DNA of 64,000 nt, from positions 17,608,001-17,672,000 of the forward strand of contig CM068747.1 in NCBI GenBank assembly GCA_035084275.1. Direction: 5' to 3'. The notes below the pieces were generated by a model, which did not search any database, was not told the origin of the DNA, and worked only from the letters and a program-made list of their open reading frames with translations. Below, in pieces: positions 1-12,547 of the stretch. The position numbers were made by a program, and so were the translations under genes. Source of the stretch: Hydrolagus colliei (lineage: Eukaryota). How positions within the stretch are numbered: position 1 is the stretch's first letter; every line of letters starts with the position of its first letter.

Positions 1-388
1 ACTCTATCTGAATTTCAAAGCCTGTTTTCTGCAGTTGTTGTCTGTGAAGACAGCCCAGTGCTTTGAGCGAGCCAGACCTGTAGTATTGCGGGGCAGCGTC
101 GATATCTGGAAGATTAAATTGGTCAATGTGACATCTTGACACCAAACCTCTCTGTGATCTTGTGCTGTCTGAACTTTCTGAGACTCCCAAGGAGGACCAT
201 TATAATAATGCTCAAATTGTACTTTCAGATCTCAGATTAAGTGGCCAGCACATAGACAAGATTCGGAAAGAAACTTATGGCCCAGGATTCAGTAGATTGC
301 TTGTGATACCTTAGATACATTACCTAACCAAGAAAAATATAATGGATAACCCAGTAAACAAATTGCCATGAATGTGGACCCACTAGAC

Positions 389-690
389 CAGCGGTTCTCA
401 ACCAGGGGTACATGTACCAGTGGGTACAAAATTACTTCCAGGGGGTACAGGTGGCAGTACATTGATTTATTTATCTCGCTTTTTTAGCGTTTTATAGGCA
501 TGCAAATTGTATATTTAATTGTTATTCCCCTTGTTTTGTATGTGCTCGTTATTTTGTTATATAAGAAAAGCTTGGTCATAAAATGCAAGTGGAATGAGGT
601 GGGTGGTGTGTGTATGTGGTTGGGTGGGGGTACACGATAATGTTGAAAATTAACAAGGGGTACATAACTGAAAAAGGTTGAGAACTACTG
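389..690. mobile_element. hAT (Charlie-like) non-autonomous DNA transposon/MITE
   Basis: TIRs cagcggttctcaacc / ggttgagaactactg; perfect 8-bp TSD cactagac at 381-388 and 691-698; subterminal ggggtaca repeats. Confidence 0.93.
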
Positions 691-1250
691 CACTAGACGA
701 GCATCACAGCACTATCAGCACTGAACAAGGAATTCCCCTGATTTTATGCTGCCACATTTTACAACTGGGATCTAAAGAGGGCAAGGACAGATCTATTGAC
801 ATGTCACAATTATATACGTTGTATGGTACAAACTCAAGTACAAATATAGATCAAACTTAAGACAACAGCAGAGCAGGTCCAATAGAAAGAGCAGACCTGA
901 AATTATGGGACTCTATAGAGTAGCCGATACTGGAATAACCCCTATATACAGTAGTAACAATGGTAAAATATATATGTTTACATATATTTACATCTATTTT
1001 ATGTTGAAATATTATCCTGTCTGTATCCTATCAACCACACACACACAACCACACACGTTTAAGTTTTTTTCAGCGGCTTTGGCAACTTCGACCTGCTTTA
1101 ACCTGCATGGATTTTTTTCCCCAAATGTGAGACAGTCCCACAGAGAATCCCACAGCAACAGAAATGCAGAAAATCTGCAGAACAGTTGCTACGAGTGTTT
1201 CACAGCAAAAATAACTATGCCATATAAGAGCAAAGAAGACATGATGATAC

Positions 1251-1557
1251 TAATAATCCTGGCATTTTGATATAGCGATTTCACATCTTCTAGACATCTC
1301 AAAGCGCTGCATCGAATGTACTGTGAAGTAATTGATTGTATATTTGTGGGTGAAATCCGGCAGCCAATTGTGCACAGTAGTGTCCCACAAACAGTTGTGG
1401 ATTGAAATGACCAATTTTTATTATAGTGCTTTTTTTGGAGGGATTATTATTAGGCATGTGGAGTAAGGAAACTTGCCCAAGGTTTCTGATCTGCCTGGAT
1501 TCACAGGTCTCACACTGTAAGGCGAGTGCTCTAACCACTGAGCTACAGGAGCTCCAC
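1251..1557 (-). mobile_element. tRNA-headed SINE, near full length
   Basis: Reverse complement of gtggagctcctgtagctcagtggttagagc head with A box, central gtgggacactgctgtgcgcaattggctgc block and atcaaatgcaaggattatta tail. Confidence 0.92.
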
Positions 1558-2117
1558 AAGGCTGAATGCAGAACAGCATTGGAGGAAGGTGCAGCATATG
1601 GAGAATATTAAAAGAGGGGGTAAAGGAGCATAAACAGGGACTTGTATGAAAAATGAGAAGCACATCCAAATACGAATAAAGTAAAATGTAGTTATTTGAA
1701 ATGAACTGAAATGCTCTGACTAACAATGATTCAACCAAGGCAATTTGTGACTCCAACATCTTTTTGGAAAGCATTTAGAAATTGCTTAAAAAGAATGCAC
1801 AACAGCATTGAAAACCATCACATAAGAGGCTTCTCATTTTCTGTAGTGTATGACCATCTCAGGCTAGAATTTCTGAATAACAATGGTTCAGATAGAAGTA
1901 GCTAACAGCATGATTCTCTCTGGCTTCCTACTCCATTCTTACATTATATACAGTACTATTGATTTCCACTTAGCAACCTTTCCACATGATTCAACATGTA
2001 TCCGATTCCTGCGATCTAAACCAAACTAAATTCCACCAGAACTGGCTTGTCAGAATTTTTAATATTAAATTGCACTGCTTCACTCATATTAAATATCAAC
2101 AAAACATACTGGAGGGA

Positions 2118-2504
2118 AACAACAACTTGCGTTTACATAGCAGCCTTCACTCGGGTAGCGTCCGTGCGGTGGAGTCTGATGCCGAGCCAGAGGGAGAGGG
2201 AGGAGCGAAGTGATCATAAGAACAATCAAAATGGAAGATCTTTAGGCAGGATTTGAAGGTGGAGGGAGGGGGCAAGGTGAAGGGATTGAGAGAGAAAGTT
2301 CCAAAGCTTTGGGGCATTGTGGCTGAAATCACAGCCACTGATGGTGGAGCGGAGGGGACGAGAGACAAACAGGAAGCCGGAGACAGGCGAGCAGAGGCAG
2401 TGGGTGGTGGAATGGGTGGGGGGAAGCAGATCGGATAGTTAGAGAGGTATAGATTGAGAGGATCTTGAAATCGATCCGTTCGGCACAGTTGGGAGCCAGT
2501 GGAT
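2118..2504 (-). mobile_element. L2 LINE 3' fragment
   Basis: (AAC)n tail; minus-strand HWLP..RIDFKIL and FKSCLK ORF2 C-terminal motifs. Confidence 0.85.
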
Positions 2505-4319
2505 GTTTCATAGAAAATCATACACCTTGCATGTTTATACATAGAAAATGAAATTTGCAGAACATAATTTTTTATGTAGATTAAATATTAAGCCCAGAAT
2601 CATGCATGTGCAATCTGTCAAATGTTAAGGGAATTATTGGCTTCATACAGCAAACTGGAGGGATTCAGCTAAACAATATGCTTATTCACTTTCACACCAT
2701 GGTTTTATTTTACAGATGAACCTAAAGCAATATGTTGAGATAAAGAATCAGCATCCCACCATACTGAAAATCCTAGCCATGGTGCACGAGCAATACTGAA
2801 GATTATGTCATTTTTGGACAAATAACTTTTCAGAAAATAAACAGTGGATCAATTAAGGGACATTGATACCTCTTGCTTTATGTCACTAATACTTGGTTCA
2901 CATCAGCAACTTCAAACATCCAACAAAGATGACGCTAATTCCGTTTTTGTTTTGCAATACTAGGTTGATTTCCTCCTTTGTAAGGGTCTTCAGCAGTCTT
3001 GCGAAGGGCACCAAAGGAGGTTCTTGTCTTAAACGTGACATTCACAAACCAAATACATCTGGTTATTTCAAACATTTGTTTGTCAAGAAAGGACCAGAAA
3101 GTCCAGTAAAAATCCAGAAAGCAAACTAATAGTTTTTTTAAAAAAAAATCAGTTTTCACTACCATTGCAGAAGTTGCAACTAACAGTTTGCACCCCATAT
3201 CATATTTTAGTACCTTTGACCTTTGTACTCTAGATCTCATTTCTAGTTTAAGATTTCACATCATTTAAGGGGTTTTTGTTAACAATGCAAGGCAAGTACA
3301 GCAGAGTAATCTAGAAGGATTCATCCAAGGACAATTTCCCCGTGGGCCTACAATTCTAATGTCCATTAGAGGCTATCTGGGACCATAAACGTGCCACTTA
3401 AAACAATATTCCACTATTTCATACCAGAGTGTATTACAACATTCACATATTATAACACCAATAATAATTACGATTATTTTTCCAATTCTTTGAACACAGT
3501 GGCATGTTACTGAACTCCTACTGTTCCAGTCTTAAAACATGTAAAATTATACTTGCTGGCCTGATGCTTCTCAGACTTTTTTTTGTTTAATGATTTTCAT
3601 ATCACTTTTAATCACCAGGAAATAGCCGCTTGAAAAAGCCCTAAAGTTTTATGGAAATAGAATCTTCACTTCTGCTCAGAACATGCATTATTTAGCGAGA
3701 AAAAAATGTTAATCAAATGAAGAACAAACTATTCCAAAGGCCAGTTGCGCCCATTAAATGTGCTAATTAAAAGTTTTCACTACTGTTAGGCAGCCTGAAG
3801 ACATTGCTATTTTGCATCATTGTCTCAAAAGGAGGTGGGGGTTCAAGTGGAGGGGGGTGTTTATTTCAAATTTGGTTTGCCTGGGTAATGTTATTTCCTT
3901 GAGTATTGAATGAGCAGTGGACATATTCAATATCTTGGGTTTATTCAAAGTACAGTACAGTATGGGAATCTTGTTACTCCAGAAAGAATGACAAAGAGAC
4001 TAATATTATTTCCAGTATTATTTTCCACTTGCATGCTGGAAGCGCTGAACCTAGAGCGACTGGAATACCAACACAAATAGTATTTTTGTCCCCTGGCACT
4101 GGCTGACATTTGTAATACATGGATTGTAATCGTTGCACAAAAACATACCCTTTTCACTGGAGGATGATTGGCCACCAGGCAATAAGCAAACGGCGAGTGT
4201 TTTCTGCTCTTTTGTTTGAAAATGAGGAAACATCACAGAAACTGGACAAATGATATGTGGTGCAGAGATTAGAAAAGAGAATCTATTACGCATTAACGAA
4301 AATGTGCACTTATTTTGTC

Positions 4320-4530
4320 ATCTTTCACATTGCGAAAACGTCTCGGAAAGCACTGGAAGGGTGTGTGGCGGCTGAATGCGGGCAGAATTTTAAAGCAGGA
4401 AGGAAAAGGACGAGGTGTAAGGATTTCAGGAGAGGGTTTCAGAGGGAAGGCTGGCAGCTCGTTTTTCAAGGGCGTGGTGAAGCAAGCAAGAGGAGTAAAG
4501 CAGGTGGAGCGATACTTGACCGGGCTGCAG
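4320..4530 (-). mobile_element. Old degenerate L2-like 3' fragment
   Basis: Purine-rich tract resembling the antisense L2 ORF2 end (tttaaagcaggaagg...gagagggtttcagagg). Confidence 0.4.
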
Positions 4531-4866
4531 GCATTTTATGCTATTTTGCACTGCTCACTATCTGGCTCACAAAGAGTTAATGATACCTGCCATCTACCTA
4601 CAAAGGGTTCAACCTGTGCTTGACAGATGTCCAATGACCAACCAGTGATGTGTCCTTAGGGCTGATTTTGTTCCAAGGAACAAACTGGGATTGGGACTGC
4701 AATTTTTCCTACTCCGCACCTGTTAACCTTGCAAGCCAAAGCCCAATGAGTAACTAAACTACAATTCCACGTTTCTCTATTTCAACAAATAAACACACTC
4801 AACCAGTCCGAAAACGTCAACCAACAGGTAGAAAAACGTCAAATAAACAGCATGGGCTCTTGTACT

Positions 4867-5300
4867 CTTTGTGGGCACACTGCTGTGTGCAATTGGCTGC
4901 CGCATTTCGCCTACAAAATAATAATAATCCTTGCATTTTGATATAGTGCTTTTCACATCTTATCGATATCTCAAAGCGCTTCACAGAATATACTGTAAAG
5001 TGCATTGACTGTATATTTATGGGCAAAACACGGCAGCCAATTGCGCACAGCAGTGTCCCACAAACAGTCATCGATTGAAATGACCAATTTTATTATTGTG
5101 TTTTTTAAGGGATTATTATTAGGCATGTGGAATAAGGAAACTTGCCCAAGGTTTAGTGCTGATCTATATATATATAATAAAATATATACAATACTATATA
5201 AATCACATATAGTCAATTCATTTTACAGTGTATTCTGTGCAGCGCCTTGAAACATCTCAAAGGTGGGTTGCCGGTTTTATCAAATGCAAGGATTTTTATC
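4867..5300 (+). mobile_element. SINE 3' half interrupted by an antisense SINE
   Basis: Core at 4867-4920 resumes at about 5207 (atatagtcaattcattttacag...atcaaatgcaagg). Confidence 0.8.
4918..5162 (-). mobile_element. 5'-truncated SINE nested in the plus-strand SINE
   Basis: Tail aataataatccttgcattttgatatag through ggaaacttgcccaagg; head missing. Confidence 0.9.
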
Positions 5301-6877
5301 ATTCAGCAATCTTTCTCGTTTGTGAGCAGGATTAATGTGTGAAACTGAAACAAGGCCACAAAGACTGCAAAGGGTGTCCTTTGTTCCATTTCACAAACAC
5401 CTAACATGTAATTTTCCACCAACTAATTTATCAGCCACTGACTCACTTGATATGCTGCTCTTTTCATTTTATTTAACATCATATTGTATCAGCATCATGC
5501 TCTCACTATGTATGCAAGCCTTTCTAGTCCATTAGAAATTTTATTATTGGAACTATTCATACATGCAGACGGTGTGAACTGATCCAATGGTTTCAGTTCA
5601 AATTAAACTAGAAGCTTCCCTTAATATGATTATTTATGGTTCACAGGGAAGCATCAATATTCACAGCTGCAATCCTCAATGTATACCTAATAACCTTCAT
5701 TAAAATATTGCATGGTCTAGAAATTCCCCAAATTTCCTGCTTTGCCTTATTTCTGGCAAATATCTGATAGGAAGACCTTTGTAACATTTACATTTTGCTT
5801 ATGTCTAATGCAGAGATATGCAGCCACTTATCTATTACTCTCAATTGATTATTTTCCCCTCATTTTTAAGGTTTTTTTTAAAAAAATTGCTCTTCTATCA
5901 TTTGGGATCTGATCTTTTTTTAATTCTCAAATATTTTAACTTAGTTCACTATACAGCTTTGTTAAAAGTTGCTTTCATTTTCTGTCACTCCAGGTTAGCC
6001 ACACCAGAAAACATTAAAGGATAAATTAACGAGTTTGTTTGCAAATCATTAGCTCCAAACATTGCTGAGATCTTATCAAAGTTTAATTGCCGTGAGCCCT
6101 GCAGGATGTATGAATAAAGAGTTGCACTCACTGTTTAAGTGTGGAGTATCATGCGGGGAGCCCTGTGCTTTCCTCAGTCTCAAATTACAATTAATCTGCC
6201 AAATCTCTCTTTGTTCAGTTTGTGTGATATTGTGTGTAGATTGTTGTGATTATCACTTTTAATCTGCTGGACTAAATTACAGAAAATGAAGAACAACAAA
6301 CTATCCCCTGCAACAGAATGTAAACTCAGTGAATAGAACAAGCAAGCCATATTTTTTCAGTGATTGCTTCTACAACTCTGTGGGTTTGAATATTCTGCCC
6401 TTTCCGAGGAATCTAAGAGCACTTTCTTCCATCTGAAAAGCTCATAAATTTGTTAGCACACATCAGAAACTGCAGATATATTTTTCAAATACCTACATAC
6501 ACAAATTAAAAAATTTATATCTTTTTTTAAAGTAGCAAGCAGAAAATGGAAGGATGAAGCACATTCGAGAAGTGAGTTGAAGTCATAAACCATGAAATAA
6601 ACCATAGTTATTTTGGGCACTCAAACCCCATGCATGCATTAATTCCTTGAATATACACAGGTGAATAGAAACTAAATAGAAACTGATAAGTTATGGTGAA
6701 TTGCTATTAAGCAAGATCAGAGATATTGTTACTGGAGGAATGAAACACTTTGATATCCAGTGTTGGAATCCTGCAGTCTCAAATCAGATCAGATATTCAA
6801 CACATTTTTAAAAACATTTTACCCATCACGTCGCAAATTATGAACATGTTGGGAGGATGTCCCAAGTCCTTTGATAA

Positions 6878-7050
6878 TCTCAAGACCCTCTGCTTCAATC
6901 GCGCCTTTAGCCACCCTCCAACCCCTACCCTCCCTACTCTCCACCCCTCTTGATCCCAACCCCCTGACTGAGTCCAAATTCCTGACTGAGTCCAAATCCC
7001 TGACTGTCTAGCACCTTGAGATATCCTTCCAACATGAAAAGTACTGTATG
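6878..7050 (+). mobile_element. L2 3' end with short internal tandem duplication
   Basis: ctcaagaccctc..cgcgcctttagccacc, duplicated cctgactgagtccaaat, tail stem remnant. Confidence 0.8.
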
Positions 7051-7261
7051 CTCATAATATTATGATGTGGTGTTCTTGCAGTCACACTTGCTGTTTCAAT
7101 ATTGGAATATACAAAGCCTTGTTGTATGCTCTGTCTTACTGATAGATGTCTTATGTATCCGGGTAGCTCATGTGATTCACATTGATCCGGAAGGCTCAAA
7201 GTTTATTTCCCAATTGGTCCCATGACTCTTTAAAGGTTGATAAATTAGATAGGTATCATAA

Positions 7262-7749
7262 AACTCTGCAGCCCTTGTCCTCAACCTCCAAACTCCGTGA
7301 CCCCATCTCCCCCATCCTTGCCCAATTCCATTGGTTCCCCATCATCTGGAGGATCCAATTCAAGATCCTGAACCTCACATTTAAAGCCCTCCATAACCTT
7401 GGCCCACCCTACATCTGTGACCTTCTAACCCCTTACCAACCTACCCGCCCCCTCCGCTCAGCAGGCTCTGGCCTGTTCCACATTCGCCAACACACCCACA
7501 CCACCTTTAGTGGGCAAGCGTTCAGCCACTCTGCCACCAGCCTCTGGAACTCCATCCCTCGCCCCCTCCCTGGCCTCCTTCAAGTCTCACCTCAAGACTC
7601 TCCTCTTCGATGGACCCATCGGCAACTCCTAATCCCCCCTTCCCTCCCCCCCTGTCCTCAGCTCAGGTCTGAAGCAGTGACTGTCCAGCACCTACGGACG
7701 TCCTCCTGATGTGGAAGGCGCTATACAAGTGGAATTTTGTTGTTGTTGT
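7262..7749 (+). mobile_element. L2 LINE 3' fragment
   Basis: ORF 7182-7709 contains PISPILAQFHWFPIIWRIQFKIL...SLWNSIP; (TTG)n tail. Confidence 0.93.
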
Positions 7750-8849
7750 GGATATATCCACATATCCACAGAAAAGATGGGGGTACGGGAAGGAGGGAGA
7801 AGCATGGTGGGAGAGGTAGGTGGTGTGTCCCTGGGCAATGGGAGACCTGCCTGACAAAGTCATGCAGGTTACAATATCCAAGGCACTGTTGATGATTAAT
7901 CACCATAGCTGGATCAGTTTGTCTTAGTCATCTGAATCCTAAAGTTGAATTGAAACTGACTGCTAATTCACTACATATTCATAATGCAGTAGATTGTTGA
8001 TATAAAATACTGTCAGTTGATGGCATTCTGACAGAAAACAGTCTCTCTGAGTGGTTTGTGTGACGATGGTTCTCATAGATTATGTTTAGTGAACTCTGAG
8101 TACATTATTTTAGATAGCAAATGACAGAAAATGTCACTATTCTCTGTATATGAAACAATTAAGACTCAACACATTTTATAGTGCTAATTTATGTTTTTCA
8201 CACTAAACTCACCTACAGCTCAATAAATCAGACGTAAATATTGTGAGGGGTTGGATCAGACAGTATCACTTAGGAAAAACAGATTTTTACTGACAGTCAG
8301 CAAGTTTTATCGGGGGGAACTAAAAGCACTGCCAAGATAAATCAAATCTTCTTACAGTGCTTTGAATCTAACATGTTTTACTGGACCATATTCCTTCCAG
8401 GTTTATGACAGCGACACTAAGTGTTTTTCTGAATGTTATTCTTTACAGCAGGGGTTCTTAAAAACTTTGTCACGAGTCTCCTGAAACCGAGGTTAAGAAA
8501 ACATTGTGCTTCCCCACACGGAAGAAAACATGTCGTTCTGCGCATATGGCTCACTCCTTCCAAAGACAATGTTCCACCCTACATTGAACGCCAAGGACCT
8601 TTATCAAATCTCTTCAGGAAAAATTCTGTCTGAATACACCCTAATCTGTAAAAGTAGTTGACCAAAACTGCAGAATAATACCTCTCCATTCCCTGATATT
8701 TTTGCTCCAATGAATCTTGCCTCCCACACAAAGAACTGAAAAATCTTAGCTGTGAGCGCCTTACAGTAGCAGTGCTTGATGCCAAATGAGAGAGAAAGCA
8801 AAGTATCTGCAGTATTACTCTGAGTAAGGAGGATACAAGGCAAAAAAAG

Positions 8850-8955
8850 GGATTGAGGCAGAGTGTTCCAGAGTTTGCGGCGTAGCGACTGAAAGCATGG
8901 TCACTGTTGCTGGAATGGAGGGAATGAGGGGTGTGTAGAAGGCTATGCCCCTAAT
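8850..8955 (-). mobile_element. Short old L2 fragment
   Basis: Antisense of gctttcagtcgctacgccgcaaactctggaacactct (AFS..AP.LWN motif), similar to 62260-62310. Confidence 0.55.
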
Positions 8956-9310
8956 CTTGGAACCTGAAAATAGTAAATTATTCTGCATTAAAACCCAAAC
9001 CACCAATGAAAATCTATAGACAGTTTTGTTCTTCTTTGCCTTTAGTGATAATCTGCAATATAGATTTCTGCTTCCTCTTTCCTTAATTTAAAGCACCGCT
9101 GACAGGGTCAAAGAATAACTTGAATATTCACAGCTCACAACTCACTCCAAATGGGAAAATAAAAAAAAATGCAGCAGCAATCACTCTAAAATGAAATGAA
9201 TGATGTACTCATTTCATGGCGATTTTATTGCAAAGTAATGCTCCTTTAATATTTCTCTGAAGAAAATGACACTGCACTGAATTGAAGCACTGTTGTTGGC
9301 ACCTCTCATT

Positions 9311-9560
9311 GTGGAGCCCTGTAGCTCAGCGGTTAGAGCACTCGCCTCGCAAGTGGAAGACCTGGATTTGGTTCTTGGCAGGTCAGGGCAAAACCTTGGG
9401 CAAGTTTCCTTACTCCACATGCCTGATAATAATCCCTTAAGAAAAAAAACAATAATAAATTGGTCATTTCTATCTACGACTGTTTGTGGGACACTGCTGT
9501 GCACAATTGGCTGCACAAATATGCAGTCAATTCATTTTATAGTATGTACTGTAAAGCACT
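9311..9560 (+). mobile_element. tRNA-headed SINE lacking its 3' tail
   Basis: gtggagccctgtagctcagcggttagagc head, core present, ends at gtaaagcact abutting L2. Confidence 0.9.
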
Positions 9561-10765
9561 CTCTCCTCTCCTCTCCCTCACCCTGCCATCCATATTCAAG
9601 GACACCCCGGTGAATACCTGTGGCCTAAGTCTTGCTTCTCACAATCACTGATAAAGCCATCCCAGATCACCATTTCATTTCCCTTAACTTCTCAATCCCT
9701 CTCCGATCGTCACCCAACCCACCTCCATCTCCTACCACACCTAGAAAACAATCTATCCGCATTCCCTCTCTGCTGCCTTGGAGTTGTCTGAACTTCTCTC
9801 CCTCTGGCCTGCCTCCCCCATACTGACTTATCCTCCTCAGTCGCTCTCCTCCACAACTCCTTCTCCAACATTCTCGATGCCCTAGCCTCTCCCTCAACTC
9901 TGCTCAATCCAGGGTCGGGTGTGTGCCATTGAATGCCTCAAATCTGATTTAATGGTCCACTGACAGAACTTACTGCTCAGCCCTAGCCTCCACTAAATCA
10001 TTCTTCTATTCAAAGAATAAAGGCCAAGGACAAACCCAGGCTCCTCTTCTTCACTACCAACTGGTTCCTTCATCTACCCTCTCACGCCTTGCCCATCCTC
10101 TCCTCCAACTCCAAGGAGATGCTGAATTTCCTCAAGAACAAAATTGAGGGCTTCCTTTCAACCAACGCCACCATCCAAACCATCACATCCTCCCCATTTC
10201 CAGCCACTCCTACCCATACCTCCATCCACACCTTCGAACCTGTATCCCCTTCCTATCTCACCCCACTAAAACTCACATGAAGCCCACTACATGCTCTTTC
10301 AACCCCATTCCTACCTCTCTCATTTCCCAGCTCCATCTCCTCGTTCCTTTATTCTCAGACATTGTCAAACTCTCCCTGTCAACTAGTACCATTCTCACCG
10401 AACCTAAAAAGAGCTGTCATCAACCCTATCCTAACAAAAACCTTCCTTGGACCCATCCCTCTTCCAACAACTACCCCATCTCCAACATCCCCTTCAAAGA
10501 GTTACTGCTTCCCAGCTTCATTCCTTCCTCTCCTGCCACTCCCTTTATCAACCCCTCCAATCTGGTTTCTGTGCTGCCCACATCTCGAACCAGCCCTGGT
10601 CACCATCCTACTCTCTCTGTCCTCCATCCTTCTTTATCCCAAACCTCCCCCACACCCCCATTGTGTCCTAATCCCTAATCCTTGCCTGTTCAGCACCTTG
10701 GGACGTCTACCAACATGAAAGGTGCTTCACAAATGTAAATTTGTATTGCATTATATTGTATTGTA
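9561..10765 (+). mobile_element. Internally deleted L2 (end of APE endonuclease, linker, RT N-terminus, then 3' tail)
   Basis: PDHHFISLN (SDH-like), MKPTTCSFNPIPT, YPISNIPF, QPLQSGF motifs across frames; jumps to the L2 tail stem-loop at about 10690. Confidence 0.88.
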
Positions 10766-11659
10766 TGACTGTATCACAGTATTGTACTGTTTACAAATCC
10801 ATTACTGCCAACCCACTATTACCACATAATAGCATCAATTTGTGCACTGTTTTTCTTTAGACACTAAGTCATATGAGAAGACAGTTGCTTTGAAAGTTCA
10901 AGATTCTGCTACAAATTGGATGATCAATTACAGAATAATAATCGTAATAATAACATTGGCACAGACAGATTTATTTTATTTGCACACTTTTTTGGATAGA
11001 TATATAAATCCACTCTTCTGTTCAGTAAATCTCTCTTACCTTGAAAATGACACAGCTAAAAAATAGCCTGTCAACTGCTATTTGGAAATTATATGTTATT
11101 CATGGAAGGTTATATTCTGAGTGGTCAAATGTAGGAAGTGTGGCAAGACAATTGTGTAACTTTATTGAACAAAATCCCACTTATAAAAAAAAAGTAGCTA
11201 TGCGCACTAATCAAAATGAGGGAACATATATGCTGAGGTGAAACTTGTTATCGTTGATGTAAGTTACTCTAAGTTAGTAATTCATTTCTCATCATCAGTC
11301 GAAGTGTACGGTTTGGTCACTAAGTAATGTTATGATGTCACTCTAATTTTTTTTTACCTAAGCCTTAGTTTTGAAAAGTTTATATGTACCAGGCTGACCA
11401 ATTGCTTTGAATTCATTCAAATTTCTTGAATTACTTCATCCCAAATCTATTGGATAAACTTTTTTGCATACCTTTGCTGCAGTTCACTTACCAAACTTTA
11501 GAGACTTAAATTATCTAAAACTAGAAATATATAGATTTTTTTAAAAAGATGCATCGGAATCGCTCAATATTAGCTGAATTGTTTTAAAAGGGACTTGACA
11601 TTCTTTTTAACCACACTTCTGTTTCCTCTTTACTTCCCCCACCCATCATCTTCAGCTTC

Positions 11660-12547
11660 CCTCTGCCCTACCTCCTCCTTCAGCTGAACGTCAGCAATTG
11701 AGGCCCTCCTGATTGGCTCGCATCAGTGCCTGTGCTCCTCAGGGTCTGGCAGCATCAGCATCCACGGCTGCACACTCCACCCACAAAGCCAGTCAGGAAC
11801 CTGGGTGTCTTGTTTGACCCTGAACTGCCCTTCCTCCTCCACATTCCCGCCATGACCAGCACTGCCTTCCACCACCTCCGTAACATTGCCAGAATCTGCC
11901 ACTGCCTCACCCCTCAGGCTGCCGAAACCCTCATCCATGCATTTGTTACATCAAGGCTTGACTATGGACACTCACTCCTTGTAGGCCTTCCTGGCTCTTC
12001 CCTTCACAAGCTGCAGATCAAACAGAACTCTGTAGCTCATGTCCTCTCCCACACTAATCTCTGCGTCCCCCATCATTCCCACCTTCGCTCAGCTCCATTG
12101 GCTCTCCATACTCCAGAGGATCGAATTCAAGATCCTCATCCTCACATTCAAGGCCATTCACCACCCTGCCCCTTCCTATCTCTCCAACCTGCTGATTCCT
12201 TATCAATCTGCTCGCCCCTCCATCCAGCGGGCTCCGGTCTGCTCCATGTCTCCCGACTGACCCGCCCTACCATCGGTGACCAGCCTCTCTGCCCCCATAT
12301 GCTGGAACTCCATCCCACAGTCCCTTCACCTCCCTTGCCTCCATCAAGGCTGGTCTCAAGACTTTCCTTTTCGATCATGCCTTATGTCACGCTCGCATCT
12401 CTCTCCCTCCCCTCCCTCCCACCCTGCCCCCACCCCCTTGCTCGGCTCCCGACCCTGACTGTTCACTGCCTTGGGATGTCCTCCAGACATGAAAATTAAA
12501 TGTAATTTTGTTGTTGTTGTTGCATGTAATTTTGTTGTTGTTGTTGC
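11660..12547 (+). mobile_element. L2 LINE 3' ~0.9 kb, frameshifted ORF2 C-terminus
   Basis: VRNLGVLFDPEL..AFHHLRNIARI..ETLIHAFVTSRLDYG; 24-bp tail duplication at 12500-12547. Confidence 0.94.

Noticed and set aside
1-105. Minus-strand acceptor (tcttccag) as the next THSD7B exon
   Set aside because: None of the three frames gives the expected PWGRC/TSP1 sequence
8447-8510. caggggttcttaa..ggttaagaaaacattg as a tiny hAT remnant
   Set aside because: TIR match poor and no 8-bp TSD
11726-12499. 257-aa ORF
   Set aside because: Frameshifted L2 ORF2 remnant
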